A stretch of DNA of 64,000 nucleotides from Bryobacterales bacterium (GTDB lineage Bacteria; Acidobacteriota; Terriglobia; Bryobacterales; UBA6623), in contig OY729428.2 of assembly GCA_963422375.2 (NCBI GenBank), positions 2,656,001 to 2,720,000 on the forward strand, in the 5' to 3' direction. The translations under genes were made by a program, and so were the position numbers. The notes beneath the pieces were generated by a model. It was given only the letters and a program-made list of their open reading frames with translations. It ran no database searches and was not told the origin of the DNA. Shown piece after piece: positions 49,728 through 59,853 of this stretch (position 1 is its first letter; each line of letters opens with the position of its first letter).

Positions 49728-49789
49728 CCCGAGCGGAGCGGCGGGCGCGGTTTGCTACGCTGAAATCTCCCCTTGATCGGAGGCCAGCG

Positions 49790-50122
49790 ATGGCAGGAAC
49801 GAACACCCTCACCTTCACCGACTCCGACTTCGACGCCGAAGTCCTGCAGTCCGACCAGCCCGTGCTGGTGGACTTCTGGGCCATCTGGTGCGGCCCTTGC
49901 CGTCAGATGGCGCCGGTCATCGACTCGCTCGCCACGAAATACGCGGGAAAGGTCAAGATCGGCAAGCTCGACGTAGACCACAACCCGGCCTCCGCGCAGC
50001 GATTCAACGTGCGGGGAATCCCGACCATGCTGCTGTTCAAGGGCGGCCGCCCCGTCGAGCAGATCGTCGGCTCGGTGCCCGAGTCGCGCGTCTCAGACAC
50101 CCTCGACCTTCACGTCGCCTGA
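49790..50122 (+). CDS. trxA: thioredoxin
   Basis: VDFWAIWCGPCR; GGAGG SD before ATG 49790. Confidence 0.97.
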   Translation: MAGTNTLTFTDSDFDAEVLQSDQPVLVDFWAIWCGPCRQMAPVIDSLATKYAGKVKIGKLDVDHNPASAQRFNVRGIPTMLLFKGGRPVEQIVGSVPESRVSDTLDLHVA

Positions 50123-50205
50123 CCGTCGCCCGCCTTGCCGGCCGGGCCGGACGGACACGGCGGGGCGTGCCGCGAGGCACTCGACCGCCAAGACCCGTGC
50201 TTGCC

Positions 50206-51783
50206 GTGACCGAACGCCTGCGAACGTCCCGTCGAGATTTCCTCCGAAGGGCGTGGCTTCCGGCGCCCGCGCTGGTCGGGGCGGCGCGAACACTAGGACA
50301 GAGCGGCGGCAATGACTCCCCGCCGCTGAACGTGCTGCTGGTGCTGGTCGACGACCTGCGCCCCGAGCTCGGGTGCTACGGCAGCGCCCGGGTGAAGACG
50401 CCCGCCATTGACGGGGTCGCGGCCTCTGGCCTGACTTTCCTGCGCTGCTACTGCCAGCAGGCGTCGAGCAACCCCTCGCGGACCTCGCTGCTGACGGGCC
50501 TGCGCCCCGACACGACGCGGGTATACGAGCAGCGGACCCATTTCCGCCAGGCTCTGCCGCAAGTAGTCACCCTGCCGGGGCACTTCAGGAAACACGGGTA
50601 CGAGACCACGGCGTTCGGCCGGGTGTTCGACTCGCCGGATACGCAAGACCCGGGCTCCTGGAGCATCGCTCCGTGGGCGCCGGGAGGCCCGGAGTGGCGC
50701 AGCGACGAGAACGAGGCGCTGGCCGCGGAGCGGCGCAACGAGCTCGCCGCAAGGGGGTGGCGGGCCGGCGGGTCCTCCGGCAGGTCCCCCGCTGCGGACA
50801 CTCGCGCGACCCCGCGAGCGAATCCGCCGCCGAGCTGGAGCATGTGGAGCGCAGGCGAAGGTGAACTGCACGACGGGCAGGTGTGCAGGCGCGCGGCAGC
50901 GGCCATCGGCTCCCTGCGGGACAGACGGTTCCTGGTCGCTGTCGGCTTTCGCGGGCCCCAGTTCCCGCTGGTAGCCCCCGAGCGGTATTTCGATCTTTAT
51001 CCCAAGGGCACCTGGGCCGCACCGGAATCCCCGGAACCGCCTCGGGACGCCCCGCCGTTCGCCCTGCACGGGTCGGAAGAGATCCGGGCCTACTCAGACA
51101 TCCCCTCCCAAGGCCCGATCCCCGAGCCGAAGGCCCGCGAGCTGATCCGGGCTTACCGCGCCTGCGTCAGCTTCGCCGACGCGCAAGTAGGACTGCTGCT
51201 GGACTCCTTGGACGAGCACGGACTCGCCGACAGGACGGTCGTCGCGGTCGCAGGGGTGAGCGGATCCCACCTCGGCGAGCTGGGGCTCTGGAATAAGAAT
51301 TCGAACTACGAAGCGGCCACGCATGCCCCGCTGGTTGTGCGCGCGCCCGGACAGCGCAATGCCGGGCGCAAGACCCGAGCGCTCGTGGAGTCGGTGGACC
51401 TGTTCCCGTCCCTGTGCTCGGTGAGCGGCATCCCGTTCCCCTCGCGCCGGGAGGGGTCGAGCTGGCGGGGCCTGTTCGACGATCCGAAGCGGCTGTGGAA
51501 GAGGGCCGTCTTCAGCCAGCATCCGCGGACGATCCCCGGAGTGGGGCCGGGAATGGGCTACTCGATGCGCACCGCCCGTCACCGCTACACCGAGTGGTCG
51601 GGAATCGACAGTCCCTACAGCACGGCCGAACTGTACGACTACAAGGAATCCCAGAACGAGCTGCGCAACATCGCGAACCGGCCGGAGCACGGCTCCCTCG
51701 TCAACGGCTTGGCCCACATGCTGAGGGAGGGCTGGCGCGGCTCTCTGCCCCCGCCGGAGCTGCCCAAGGCGTCCAGGTCGTAG
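50206..51783 (+). CDS. Tat-exported iduronate-2-sulfatase-like protein with degenerate active site
   Basis: Tat SRRDFLRR; NVLLVLVDDLRPELGCYG; SNPSR in place of CxPxR; other catalytic motifs altered. Confidence 0.85.
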   Translation: MTERLRTSRRDFLRRAWLPAPALVGAARTLGQSGGNDSPPLNVLLVLVDDLRPELGCYGSARVKTPAIDGVAASGLTFLRCYCQQASSNPSRTSLLTGLRPDTTRVYEQRTHFRQALPQVVTLPGHFRKHGYETTAFGRVFDSPDTQDPGSWSIAPWAPGGPEWRSDENEALAAERRNELAARGWRAGGSSGRSPAADTRATPRANPPPSWSMWSAGEGELHDGQVCRRAAAAIGSLRDRRFLVAVGFRGPQFPLVAPERYFDLYPKGTWAAPESPEPPRDAPPFALHGSEEIRAYSDIPSQGPIPEPKARELIRAYRACVSFADAQVGLLLDSLDEHGLADRTVVAVAGVSGSHLGELGLWNKNSNYEAATHAPLVVRAPGQRNAGRKTRALVESVDLFPSLCSVSGIPFPSRREGSSWRGLFDDPKRLWKRAVFSQHPRTIPGVGPGMGYSMRTARHRYTEWSGIDSPYSTAELYDYKESQNELRNIANRPEHGSLVNGLAHMLREGWRGSLPPPELPKASRS

Positions 51784-51809
51784 CGCCGGGCCCGGCGCGA
51801 CCGCCGGAC

Positions 51810-52400
51810 CTATGCGCGCTGCCCGGCGACCAGCCTTTCGTAATCCTCCGGGCGGTCCACGTCGATCAGGACTCCCGAGTCGTCCGAGTCGACGAATCGC
51901 GCTTCCGGGTAGTGCCTGCGCACGACGTCCTGCGGACTCCGGTCCGGCGGCAGGCGCAGGATCTCATCGGCGACCGCCCTCGAGAGGATGATCGGATGCC
52001 CTCTCTCGCCCCGGTGGCGGGGGATCACGACCGGAGCGTCGGAGTCTGCGGCGACGGCGAGCAGCTCGTCCAGCAGCCGTCCGCGCACTGCGGGATGATC
52101 GACCAGCATCCACAGGATCCAGTCGGCACGGGACGTCTCGGACAGCCCGCGCTGCAGCGACGACAGCATTCCGCGGTCGTAATCCGCGTTGACCGCGGCG
52201 CGGACTCGAGGCGATTCCGGCAGCGCCGCGGCAACGCGGTCGGCATGGTGCCCGAGCACCACGGTCACCGAACCGACCCGCGGCAGAAGAAGATAGACCA
52301 AGTGGGTGAGAAACGCACGACCGCGGAACTTCAGCAGGGCCTTGTCGCGGCCCATGCGCGACGAGCGCCCGGCCGCGAGGATCAGTCCGGCAGCGTTCAC
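51810..52400 (-). CDS. molybdenum cofactor cytidylyltransferase (MocA/MobA-like NTP transferase)
   Basis: LILAAGRSSRMGRDKALL, GMLSSL, LVDHP, GHPI, DVDRPEDY. Confidence 0.9.
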   Translation of the reverse strand: MNAAGLILAAGRSSRMGRDKALLKFRGRAFLTHLVYLLLPRVGSVTVVLGHHADRVAAALPESPRVRAAVNADYDRGMLSSLQRGLSETSRADWILWMLVDHPAVRGRLLDELLAVAADSDAPVVIPRHRGERGHPIILSRAVADEILRLPPDRSPQDVVRRHYPEARFVDSDDSGVLIDVDRPEDYERLVAGQRA

Positions 52401-53299
52401 CGCGACCCCGCGAGCACCTCGACTTCATCCGGCACCTCGGAGGGTCCCATCCCAGCCTCCAGTGCGCGGGGCATCCCGTCGGCGAAGATCGACTTCGACA
52501 GGGGCGTCCACTCGCGCCCCGAATTGCGCCTGCGGCTGATCATCTCGGCCACCACCGCCACGGCGATCTCCTCGGGCGTGACCGCGCCGATCTCGAAACC
52601 CATCGGGGCATGGATCTTGGCGAGGCTCGCGAGCGGGACACCCTCCGAGCGGAGGTGCTTGGCGACTTCGATCGTCTTGCGCTTGGATCCGATCATCCCG
52701 ACGTAGCGTAGCGGCTGCCCGACGGCCCAGCGCAGCACGCGCATGTCGTCGCGATGCCCGCGGGTGACGATGACCACGTACGTCGCCTCGTTCGCCGCGA
52801 GCCGCGGGAACACGTCCTCGTACTCCTCGGCGATCACCTCGGCCGCTTCGGGGAACCGCTCGCGATTCGCGTAGGTCTCGCGGTTGTCGATGACGGTCGT
52901 GCCGAATCCCGCCAGCGTGGCGATCTTGGAGAGGCTTTTCGAGATGTGGCCGGCACCGAAGATCAAGGCACGGGGGGCGGGCAGCACCGGTTCAATGTAC
53001 ACGTTGAGCTGGCCGCCACAGATCAGCCCGTTGTCGTAGGCCGCGTCCTGGCCGAGGTTGAACTGCAGCATCCGGGGCTTCTCGGAGTCGATCACGTCGC
53101 GAGCGGCCTGCCAGACCTCCGCTTCCGTGCAGCCGCCGCCGATAGTCCCTACCATCGACCCGTCCTGCCGGATCAGCATCTTGGCGCTCTGGAAGCTGGG
53201 AATCGACCCGGCCACCTCGACAATCGTGGCCAGCGCGCACCGCTGGCCGACCCGCCTGAGCTCGACCAGCTCCTCGAACACGTCCATCGGGCGCGGCAT
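52397..53299 (-). CDS. xdhC: XdhC/CoxI family molybdoenzyme maturation factor
   Basis: GTIGGGCTE, GLICGG, IFGAGHIS, VTRGH..D, YVGMIGS, TPEEIAVAV. Confidence 0.92.
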   Translation of the reverse strand: MPRPMDVFEELVELRRVGQRCALATIVEVAGSIPSFQSAKMLIRQDGSMVGTIGGGCTEAEVWQAARDVIDSEKPRMLQFNLGQDAAYDNGLICGGQLNVYIEPVLPAPRALIFGAGHISKSLSKIATLAGFGTTVIDNRETYANRERFPEAAEVIAEEYEDVFPRLAANEATYVVIVTRGHRDDMRVLRWAVGQPLRYVGMIGSKRKTIEVAKHLRSEGVPLASLAKIHAPMGFEIGAVTPEEIAVAVVAEMISRRRNSGREWTPLSKSIFADGMPRALEAGMGPSEVPDEVEVLAGSR

Positions 53300-53424
53300 A
53301 CGCCTAATGATAGTCGCAATCTCCGAGCGATGGGTCGGTCCAGACGCTGGCAGGAATGCTCGTTCAGATTCCTGGCGTAGGCGCGGTCTCACAGCCCTAG
53401 CACTCGGAATGGGCGTTTGCTAGA

Positions 53425-54141
53425 TTGAACCTCGTGCGGCTTATCCGCGGATGCAGTTCGAGAGTGTGGCCGTTTCTAGCTGTCTTGCTCTTGGTCGTCG
53501 GTGCTGAGACATCACTTGCGACTGAGCCGGACCTCGCTGCCGCCATCGCCGCGATTGATCAGGGCGACTTTGAATCGGCTCTAGGCGTCTTCCGACCACT
53601 GGCCGCTGAAGGTCACGCCGAGGCTCAGTACCGCCTTGGACTCATGCATCGTTCAGGCGAGGGTGTATCTGTCAACAGCCGCGTCGCAGCTGGTTGGTTC
53701 CGCAAGGCCGCCGAGCAGGGCCACGCCTCCGCCCAGCTCAACCTCGGACTCATGTACTACAACGGCGAGGGCGTCCCCGAGGACGACAGCGCCGCCGCTC
53801 GCTGGTTCCGCAAGGCCGCCGACCAGGGCGACACCGACGCCCAGTTCAGCCTCGGACTCATGTACCGCCGCGGCGAGGGCGTCCCCGAGGACGACAGCGC
53901 CGCCGCTCGCTGGTTCCGCAAGGCAGCCGAGCAGGGCCTCGCCTCCGCCCAGTTCAGCCTCGGACTCATGTACAGGAATGGCGAAGGCGTCCTCGAGGAC
54001 TTCGTTCAGGCGTATGCGTGGTTCAACGTTGCGGGCGCTCAGGGGCATGTGAACGCTAGAGAAGCCAAGGACGACCTGCGACGGCAGATGACCGCGTCCC
54101 AAGTCGAGAAGGCCCAAGCACTGAGCCGCGAGCTGGTATAG
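53425..54141 (+). CDS. secreted Sel1-repeat protein
   Basis: signal peptide; four 36-aa units AQ..LGLMY..GEGV.ED...A..WFRKAAEQG. Confidence 0.95.
   Translation: MNLVRLIRGCSSRVWPFLAVLLLVVGAETSLATEPDLAAAIAAIDQGDFESALGVFRPLAAEGHAEAQYRLGLMHRSGEGVSVNSRVAAGWFRKAAEQGHASAQLNLGLMYYNGEGVPEDDSAAARWFRKAADQGDTDAQFSLGLMYRRGEGVPEDDSAAARWFRKAAEQGLASAQFSLGLMYRNGEGVLEDFVQAYAWFNVAGAQGHVNAREAKDDLRRQMTASQVEKAQALSRELV
53695..54000 (+). repeat. 108-bp near-identical intragenic tandem repeats
   Basis: units TGGTTCCGCAAGGC...CTCGGACTCATGTAC...GGCGAGGGCGTCCCCGAGGACGACAGCGCCGCCGCTCGC starting at 53695, 53803, 53911. Confidence 0.9.
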
Positions 54142-54249
54142 CCCGTTGGCATAGATTAGGAATAGGCTCTCTCAGCTTGGTCCGCGCCGGAGGCCACCGG
54201 CGCCATGCCACTGAGACCGGCCGCCCGCTCCCCCGTCTCGACTCCCGCC

Positions 54250-56925
54250 ATGCGACTGGACAAAGCCTACGATCCATCGGCTATCGAGCCCGCGTGGGCG
54301 GAGCGGTGGGTCAGCGAAGGTCTTTTCCGAGCCGAAGCGGCCTCCGCGAAGCCTGCCTTCTCCCTCGTCATCCCTCCGCCGAACGTAACCGGCGCCCTCC
54401 ATATGGGCCACATGTTCGAGACGTCCCAGGTGGACATCACGATGCGCTGGCAGCGCATGAAGGGCCGCAACGTCCTGTGGCTCCCGGGCACCGACCACGC
54501 CGGCATCGCCACGCAGATGCTGGTGGAGCGCCAGCTGGCCAAGGAGGGCACCGACCGGCGGTCGCTCGGGCGCGAGCAGTTCCTCGAGCGCGTCTGGGCC
54601 TGGAAGGAGACCTACGGAGGCAAGATCGCCGGTCAGCTCAAGCGCGTCGGCGCGAGCTGCGACTGGTCCCGCGAGCGCTTCACGATGGACCCGGGGCTGT
54701 CACGCGCCGTGACCGAATGCTTCGTGCGGCTGTACGAGCGAGGCCTGATCTATCGCGGCGAGTACATGGTCAACTGGGATCCTGGCACGCAGACCGCGAT
54801 CTCCGACCTCGAGGTCGAGTACGAGACCCGGCAGGGCCATCTCTGGCACCTGCGCTACCCGGTCAGCGGCTCGGATGTCGACAGCGTGGTCGTCGCGACG
54901 ACGCGACCGGAGACGATGCTGGGCGACACGGCGGTCGCGGTTCATCCGGACGACCCGCGGTACAAGCACCTGCGCGGCCGGTCGGTGACACTGCCCTTGG
55001 TCGGGCGCAGCCTCCCCGTGATCCGCGACGCCTTCGTGGATCCGGACTTCGGCACGGGCATCGTCAAGGTGACCCCGGCGCACGACCCCAACGACTTCGC
55101 GGCGGGGCAGCGCCACGGGCTGGAGGTCATCCCCGTGCTGGACGATCGCGCCCGCATCAACGCCCGGGGCGGACGCTACGAGGGCCTGGACCGGTACGAG
55201 GCGCGCGAGCGCGTGGTCCGGGATCTAAGGGCTCTTGGCCTCATCGAAAGGGTCGAGGACTACACCAACAGCATCGGTGTCAGCCAGCGTTCCGGCGAGG
55301 CCGTCGAGCCGATGGTGTCCACGCAGTGGTTCGTGCGCGCGAAGCCGCTGGCCGTCGCCGCCATCCGGGCCGTCGAGAACGGCAGCACCGCAATTCTTCC
55401 CGAGCAGTGGGAGCGCAACTACTTCGAGTGGATGCGCAACATCCGGGACTGGTGCATTTCGCGCCAGCTCTGGTGGGGCCACCAGATCCCGGCCTGGCAC
55501 CTCGAGGACGGCACCTTTGTCGTCGCCCGCACCGAGGAGGAGGCCAGGCGCGAGGCCGCCAGCAGAGGCCTGGCGGTCACGCGTCGCGAGACCGACGTCC
55601 TCGACACATGGTTCAGCTCGGGACTCTGGCCCTTCTCGACGATGGGCTGGCCCGACGAAACCGAGGATCTCAAGGCCTTCTACCCGACTTCTCTGCTCAA
55701 CACCGGCTTCGACATTCTCTTCTTCTGGGTGGCCCGCATGATGATGCTGGGCATCGCCATGACCGGCGAAGCCCCGTTCGCGAAGGTGTTCATCCACGGG
55801 CTCGTCCGCGACGCGGGCAAGCAGAAGATGTCCAAGACCAAGGGCAACGTCGTCGATCCCATCGAAATGACGAACCGCTACGGCACCGACGCCGTGCGAT
55901 TCGCGCTGGTCGCCTCCGCCGGCCAGGGTTCCGACGTCGTGCTCAAGGAAGAGCGGATCGCGGGCTACCGGACGTTCGCGAACAAGATCTGGAACGCCCT
56001 GCGCTTCGTCGGCATCAGCTTGGAGAAGGCGGGCGCCGACGTGTGGACGCCGCAGGATCTGGCGTCGTTCCGCCCACTGCCTGACGAGGCCACCGGCGAG
56101 GTCTCGCTCGCCGACCGCTGGATATTCTCGCGGCTGAACTCGGTCAGCGCGGAAGCCAACCGGCAGATCGACGAATTCCGCTACCACGAGGTCGCCGGCA
56201 CTCTGTACCACTTCTTCTGGCACGAGTTCTGCGACTGGTACATCGAACTGAAGAAGATCTCCTTCGCGGATGGCACCGGCCTGACGGCCGGCTGGAAGAA
56301 CATGCTGGCCGCCACGGAGCGCTCCCTGCGGCTGCTGCATCCGGTGATGCCGTTCATCACCGAGGACCTCTGGCAGCGGATCAGCGCCAACACGCCGGGC
56401 CGGCCGAAGTCGATCGCGCTCGCGGCCTATCCCGAGCCCGACCCCGGCGACTCCGATCCCGAGGCCGAGCGCCAGATCGGCATCCTCCGGGAACTCGTGA
56501 CAGCGGCTCGCAACCTGCGGGCCGAGCTGAGCCTTCCCCCGAGGGACTTGTTTCGGGGCACCGTCTTCAGCGAGGTCCGCGCCGTGCGCGAGGTCGCCAA
56601 CGGCCAGCCGGAGGCGCTGCGCCGGCTCGCGGGCGTCGAGCTGGCGGCGAAGGAGGGCAAGGCGGAAGCGGGCGGCGCGATGGGCCACGCCACCGAATTC
56701 GACCTCGCGCTGGCCATTCCGGAGAACCGCATGGCGGCGATGCGCGCCAAGCTGGAGAAGCAGCTCGGCCAGCTGGAGCGAGCGGCGCAAGGGGCCCGGA
56801 GCCGCCTCCGCAACGAGGACTTCGTCTCCAAGGCCCCCGCGCTCGTCGTCGAGTCGCTGCGAGGGAAGCTCGGCGACTACGACTCCCGTCTGGAGCGGAT
56901 TCGGAAAACGCTCGCAGGCCTGTAG
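54250..56925 (+). CDS. valS: valine--tRNA ligase
   Basis: PPPNVTGALHMGH, DWCISRQLWWGH, KMSKTKGN, C-terminal coiled coil. Confidence 0.99.
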   Translation: MRLDKAYDPSAIEPAWAERWVSEGLFRAEAASAKPAFSLVIPPPNVTGALHMGHMFETSQVDITMRWQRMKGRNVLWLPGTDHAGIATQMLVERQLAKEGTDRRSLGREQFLERVWAWKETYGGKIAGQLKRVGASCDWSRERFTMDPGLSRAVTECFVRLYERGLIYRGEYMVNWDPGTQTAISDLEVEYETRQGHLWHLRYPVSGSDVDSVVVATTRPETMLGDTAVAVHPDDPRYKHLRGRSVTLPLVGRSLPVIRDAFVDPDFGTGIVKVTPAHDPNDFAAGQRHGLEVIPVLDDRARINARGGRYEGLDRYEARERVVRDLRALGLIERVEDYTNSIGVSQRSGEAVEPMVSTQWFVRAKPLAVAAIRAVENGSTAILPEQWERNYFEWMRNIRDWCISRQLWWGHQIPAWHLEDGTFVVARTEEEARREAASRGLAVTRRETDVLDTWFSSGLWPFSTMGWPDETEDLKAFYPTSLLNTGFDILFFWVARMMMLGIAMTGEAPFAKVFIHGLVRDAGKQKMSKTKGNVVDPIEMTNRYGTDAVRFALVASAGQGSDVVLKEERIAGYRTFANKIWNALRFVGISLEKAGADVWTPQDLASFRPLPDEATGEVSLADRWIFSRLNSVSAEANRQIDEFRYHEVAGTLYHFFWHEFCDWYIELKKISFADGTGLTAGWKNMLAATERSLRLLHPVMPFITEDLWQRISANTPGRPKSIALAAYPEPDPGDSDPEAERQIGILRELVTAARNLRAELSLPPRDLFRGTVFSEVRAVREVANGQPEALRRLAGVELAAKEGKAEAGGAMGHATEFDLALAIPENRMAAMRAKLEKQLGQLERAAQGARSRLRNEDFVSKAPALVVESLRGKLGDYDSRLERIRKTLAGL

Positions 56926-56958
56926 GCACCCGGCCTGCGTTCCGGGGCGAGTGCGGAC

Positions 56959-58434
56959 TCAGTCGGCCTTGCTTGCGACCAGCATCGACTCGTCGTGCAG
57001 GCCCTGCGCGGCGATGATCTCGCCCTCGGTCAGCCCAGACAGGACCACCGCCTCGGTGTCGCTCAGCGGCCCGATCTCGACCGGCCGCGCGACGAACGCC
57101 TCGCCTTCCCTCACCCACACCGCGGCTCGTCCCCCGGACATCCCGACCGCGGCGCGGGGCACCACCATCTCGTCGTCCCGCCTCGCCAGCTGGATATCGG
57201 CGCTCGCCGACAGATCCGGCAGGATGCGGTCGTCGTGACTCAGGATTTCGATCTCGATAGGCACCTTCCTCACCCAGTCCGCGCTCGCCCCGCCTTTCGA
57301 CCCGCGCATGCCCTTGCCTCCCCCGCCGGAGGAGCCGCCGGCGACTGCTACTGCCCCGATCGACGCAACCCGGCCTTCGAACACCTCTCCGGGATAGGCG
57401 TCGAGTTCCACGCCGACCGCACTGCCGATCGCCACGAGCTGCGTGTCGACCTGGTTGATGTCTGCGAACACGACCATCCTGGAGAGATCCACGATTCGCA
57501 GGAAGTAGGAGCCCGGATGCACTTGGTCTCCCTCGGCAGCCTGCGAGAACGAATCCTTCTTGAAAGTCGACTCCGCCACCACCAAGCCCGATACGGGAGA
57601 GTGAATCCGCATCTTGTCCAAGTCGGTCTTCGTCCGGTCGAAGCGCAGATAGTCCCGCTGGAGGTCAAGGTCGAGGCTCCGGGTCTCGGCCGCGTCGGCG
57701 ATCTCCGACAGACGCACCTCCTCCTCGAGCTGCTTGGAGGTAGCCTCCCGCTCCTTCGCCACGAGCGCCAAAATCTCTGCCTGGATTTCGGACCTGACCT
57801 CCGCCGTTCGCAGGTCGAGCTGCGACTTTCCCGCTTCCGCCGCCGCCCTGCGATGAGCCTGGCGCAGCGACTCCGAGGAGGCCAACATGTTCGCCTTGCG
57901 GCTTGCGTTCCTCCTGCGGGACTGCGCCAAGGCTGACTCGTAGTTGTCGAGCATGTCCGCCGTGCGGCGCGTCTCGAAAACAGCTACGAGTTCGCCCTTC
58001 TCTACCATGCTGCCGGGCTCGGCGAGCGACTGGATTGTCAACGTGCCCCCGCCGCCGCGATCACGCCCCCCGCGCATCCGCGGCGCTCGAATCATCGCCG
58101 AGCGCGCGGCCCCTACCGTTCCGCCGGTCCGCAATGCGCTCTCGAACGGCTTCCGTTCGACGATCACCGTGTCGATGGCCCCGAGGGTCGACGTGGTCCG
58201 CAGCGCGGGGCGAGCCTCGATGACCTGACTGAGGACAACGCCCAGCACCACGCCGGCAGCCGCCAGCGCGGCGACGGCCCAGCGGGAGAGACGCGGTTCG
58301 GGCGCTCCGGGCGACGGCACGACGCCTAGCCTCCGCCGCGGTTCCGTCCGGACGGGCTGGGAAGAGTCGTCTTGACCCGGATGAGTGGATTCGGGAAAGT
58401 GCCCTGTGGTCTTGAGGTTCGGTCGGAATGCCAC
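56959..58434 (-). CDS. efflux periplasmic adaptor (HlyD/MacA-like MFP)
   Basis: TM anchor, coiled-coil hairpin, IHSPVSGLV, IVDLSRM, ELDAYPG, VLSGLTEGE. Confidence 0.85.
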   Translation of the reverse strand: MAFRPNLKTTGHFPESTHPGQDDSSQPVRTEPRRRLGVVPSPGAPEPRLSRWAVAALAAAGVVLGVVLSQVIEARPALRTTSTLGAIDTVIVERKPFESALRTGGTVGAARSAMIRAPRMRGGRDRGGGGTLTIQSLAEPGSMVEKGELVAVFETRRTADMLDNYESALAQSRRRNASRKANMLASSESLRQAHRRAAAEAGKSQLDLRTAEVRSEIQAEILALVAKEREATSKQLEEEVRLSEIADAAETRSLDLDLQRDYLRFDRTKTDLDKMRIHSPVSGLVVAESTFKKDSFSQAAEGDQVHPGSYFLRIVDLSRMVVFADINQVDTQLVAIGSAVGVELDAYPGEVFEGRVASIGAVAVAGGSSGGGGKGMRGSKGGASADWVRKVPIEIEILSHDDRILPDLSASADIQLARRDDEMVVPRAAVGMSGGRAAVWVREGEAFVARPVEIGPLSDTEAVVLSGLTEGEIIAAQGLHDESMLVASKAD

Positions 58435-58734
58435 TATCCATTAGAGACGAAGAGAGTTCTGCTGGTGGTTTCACCTATGAGGCCCGATTGCACGAATCCG
58501 TCGACGACGGTATCCCGGCCCCGCTCGGGCGCCTGTCCGGACCTGCTGCCTCCCGCGCCGCCTAGGCGCGACGGGATGGGGCGCTCCGCTCGCGTCCGAA
58601 GTGCTCAGGGGACCTGAGACCACCGGTTGGGCGTCCCGGCAGCCGCGCAGACGGTGGCCGCGCGGACCCTGAGACACGGCTCGGTCCGAGTAGGCTCGGT
58701 GCGACGCCCGGCCCGGCGTATCTTGAATAGCGCT

Positions 58735-59817
58735 ATGCCCGAAGCCATCACCATCCTCGGCGGCGGGAACACGGCCTTCGCGGCCGCGGCGAAGCTCGCG
58801 CTCGAGGGAGCCTCGGTCACGCTCTGCGAACTGCCGGAGTTCGCCAAGGCCGTCGAGCCGATCGGAGCGTCCCGCATGATCGCGCTATTCGGTGTGGCGG
58901 GCGAAGGAGACGCAATCCTAGATCGCGTCACGACAGACTTCGCACGAGGCCTCTCCGACTGCGAGCTGGCCATCCTGATCGTCCCGGCCTACGGGCACAT
59001 GGCCTTCGCCGAGGCATGCGCCCCGCACCTTCGCGACGGTCAGGTGCTGGTCCTAATGCCCGGCACGCTAGGGAGCCTCGCGTTCGCGAGGGTCTTGCGG
59101 GATCGAGGCGTTTCGGCAGACGTCACGCTAGCCGAGACAGACACCGCGCCGTACGTCTGCCGGAAGACATCCGCGACCGCTGCCCGCATCTGGGGCGTCG
59201 TGGACGGACTGGGCGCGGGCGTCCTGCCCAGCAGCCGAGGCGAGCGGGTTCAAGCCTTGCTCGATCCGTGGTTTCCGGGCGTGCGGCTCTACCCGCACGC
59301 GCTGGCAGCGGGCTTGTCCGCGATGAACCCGGTCGTCCATCCGGCCGGCGTCCTGCTGAACGCGGGCCGAATCGAGCGGTCCCGCGGGGACTTCTACTTC
59401 TACGAAGAAGGCGTGACGCCCGGCGTCTGCCGCCTCATCCGCGCCGTCGACTCGGAGCGGCTGGCGATCGCCCGCTCGCTCGGCATGGATCTCCCGCCGG
59501 TCGAGAGGGCGTTTCACGAAGCCGGATTCGGGCCGAGCGGCGATCTCTGGGCCGTGATCAACGGCAGCCGAATGCTCACTCAGCTCCGCGCTCCAGGGGC
59601 GCTCGAGACCCGCTGGCTGACGGAGGACGTGCCCTACGGCCTTGCCGCATGGTCACTGCTCGGCGAGCAGCTGGGAGTCGGCTGCCCCGCGATGCGGTCA
59701 ATCGTTGATCTCGCCTCCACGACGGTCGGCATGGATTTCTGGGAGGCGGCGCGCACGCCGGAAGACCTCGGCATCGCCGGCTTGAACCGGCAGGGACTGC
59801 TCGAGCTCGTTCGCTAG
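58735..59817 (+). CDS. NAD/NADP octopine/nopaline (opine) dehydrogenase family protein
   Basis: ILGGGNTA, AETDTAPY, NPVVHP, FYFYEEG, RWLTEDVPYGL. Confidence 0.9.
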   Translation: MPEAITILGGGNTAFAAAAKLALEGASVTLCELPEFAKAVEPIGASRMIALFGVAGEGDAILDRVTTDFARGLSDCELAILIVPAYGHMAFAEACAPHLRDGQVLVLMPGTLGSLAFARVLRDRGVSADVTLAETDTAPYVCRKTSATAARIWGVVDGLGAGVLPSSRGERVQALLDPWFPGVRLYPHALAAGLSAMNPVVHPAGVLLNAGRIERSRGDFYFYEEGVTPGVCRLIRAVDSERLAIARSLGMDLPPVERAFHEAGFGPSGDLWAVINGSRMLTQLRAPGALETRWLTEDVPYGLAAWSLLGEQLGVGCPAMRSIVDLASTTVGMDFWEAARTPEDLGIAGLNRQGLLELVR

Positions 59818-59853
59818 AGAGTCTGGAAGCCCGCCCGGGCGCATCCGACGACG

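Noticed and set aside
53695..54000. Sel1 repeats as a CRISPR array or DGR template/variable pair
   Set aside because: In-frame 108-bp coding repeats, no unique spacers, no cas or reverse transcriptase gene, mismatches not adenine-specific
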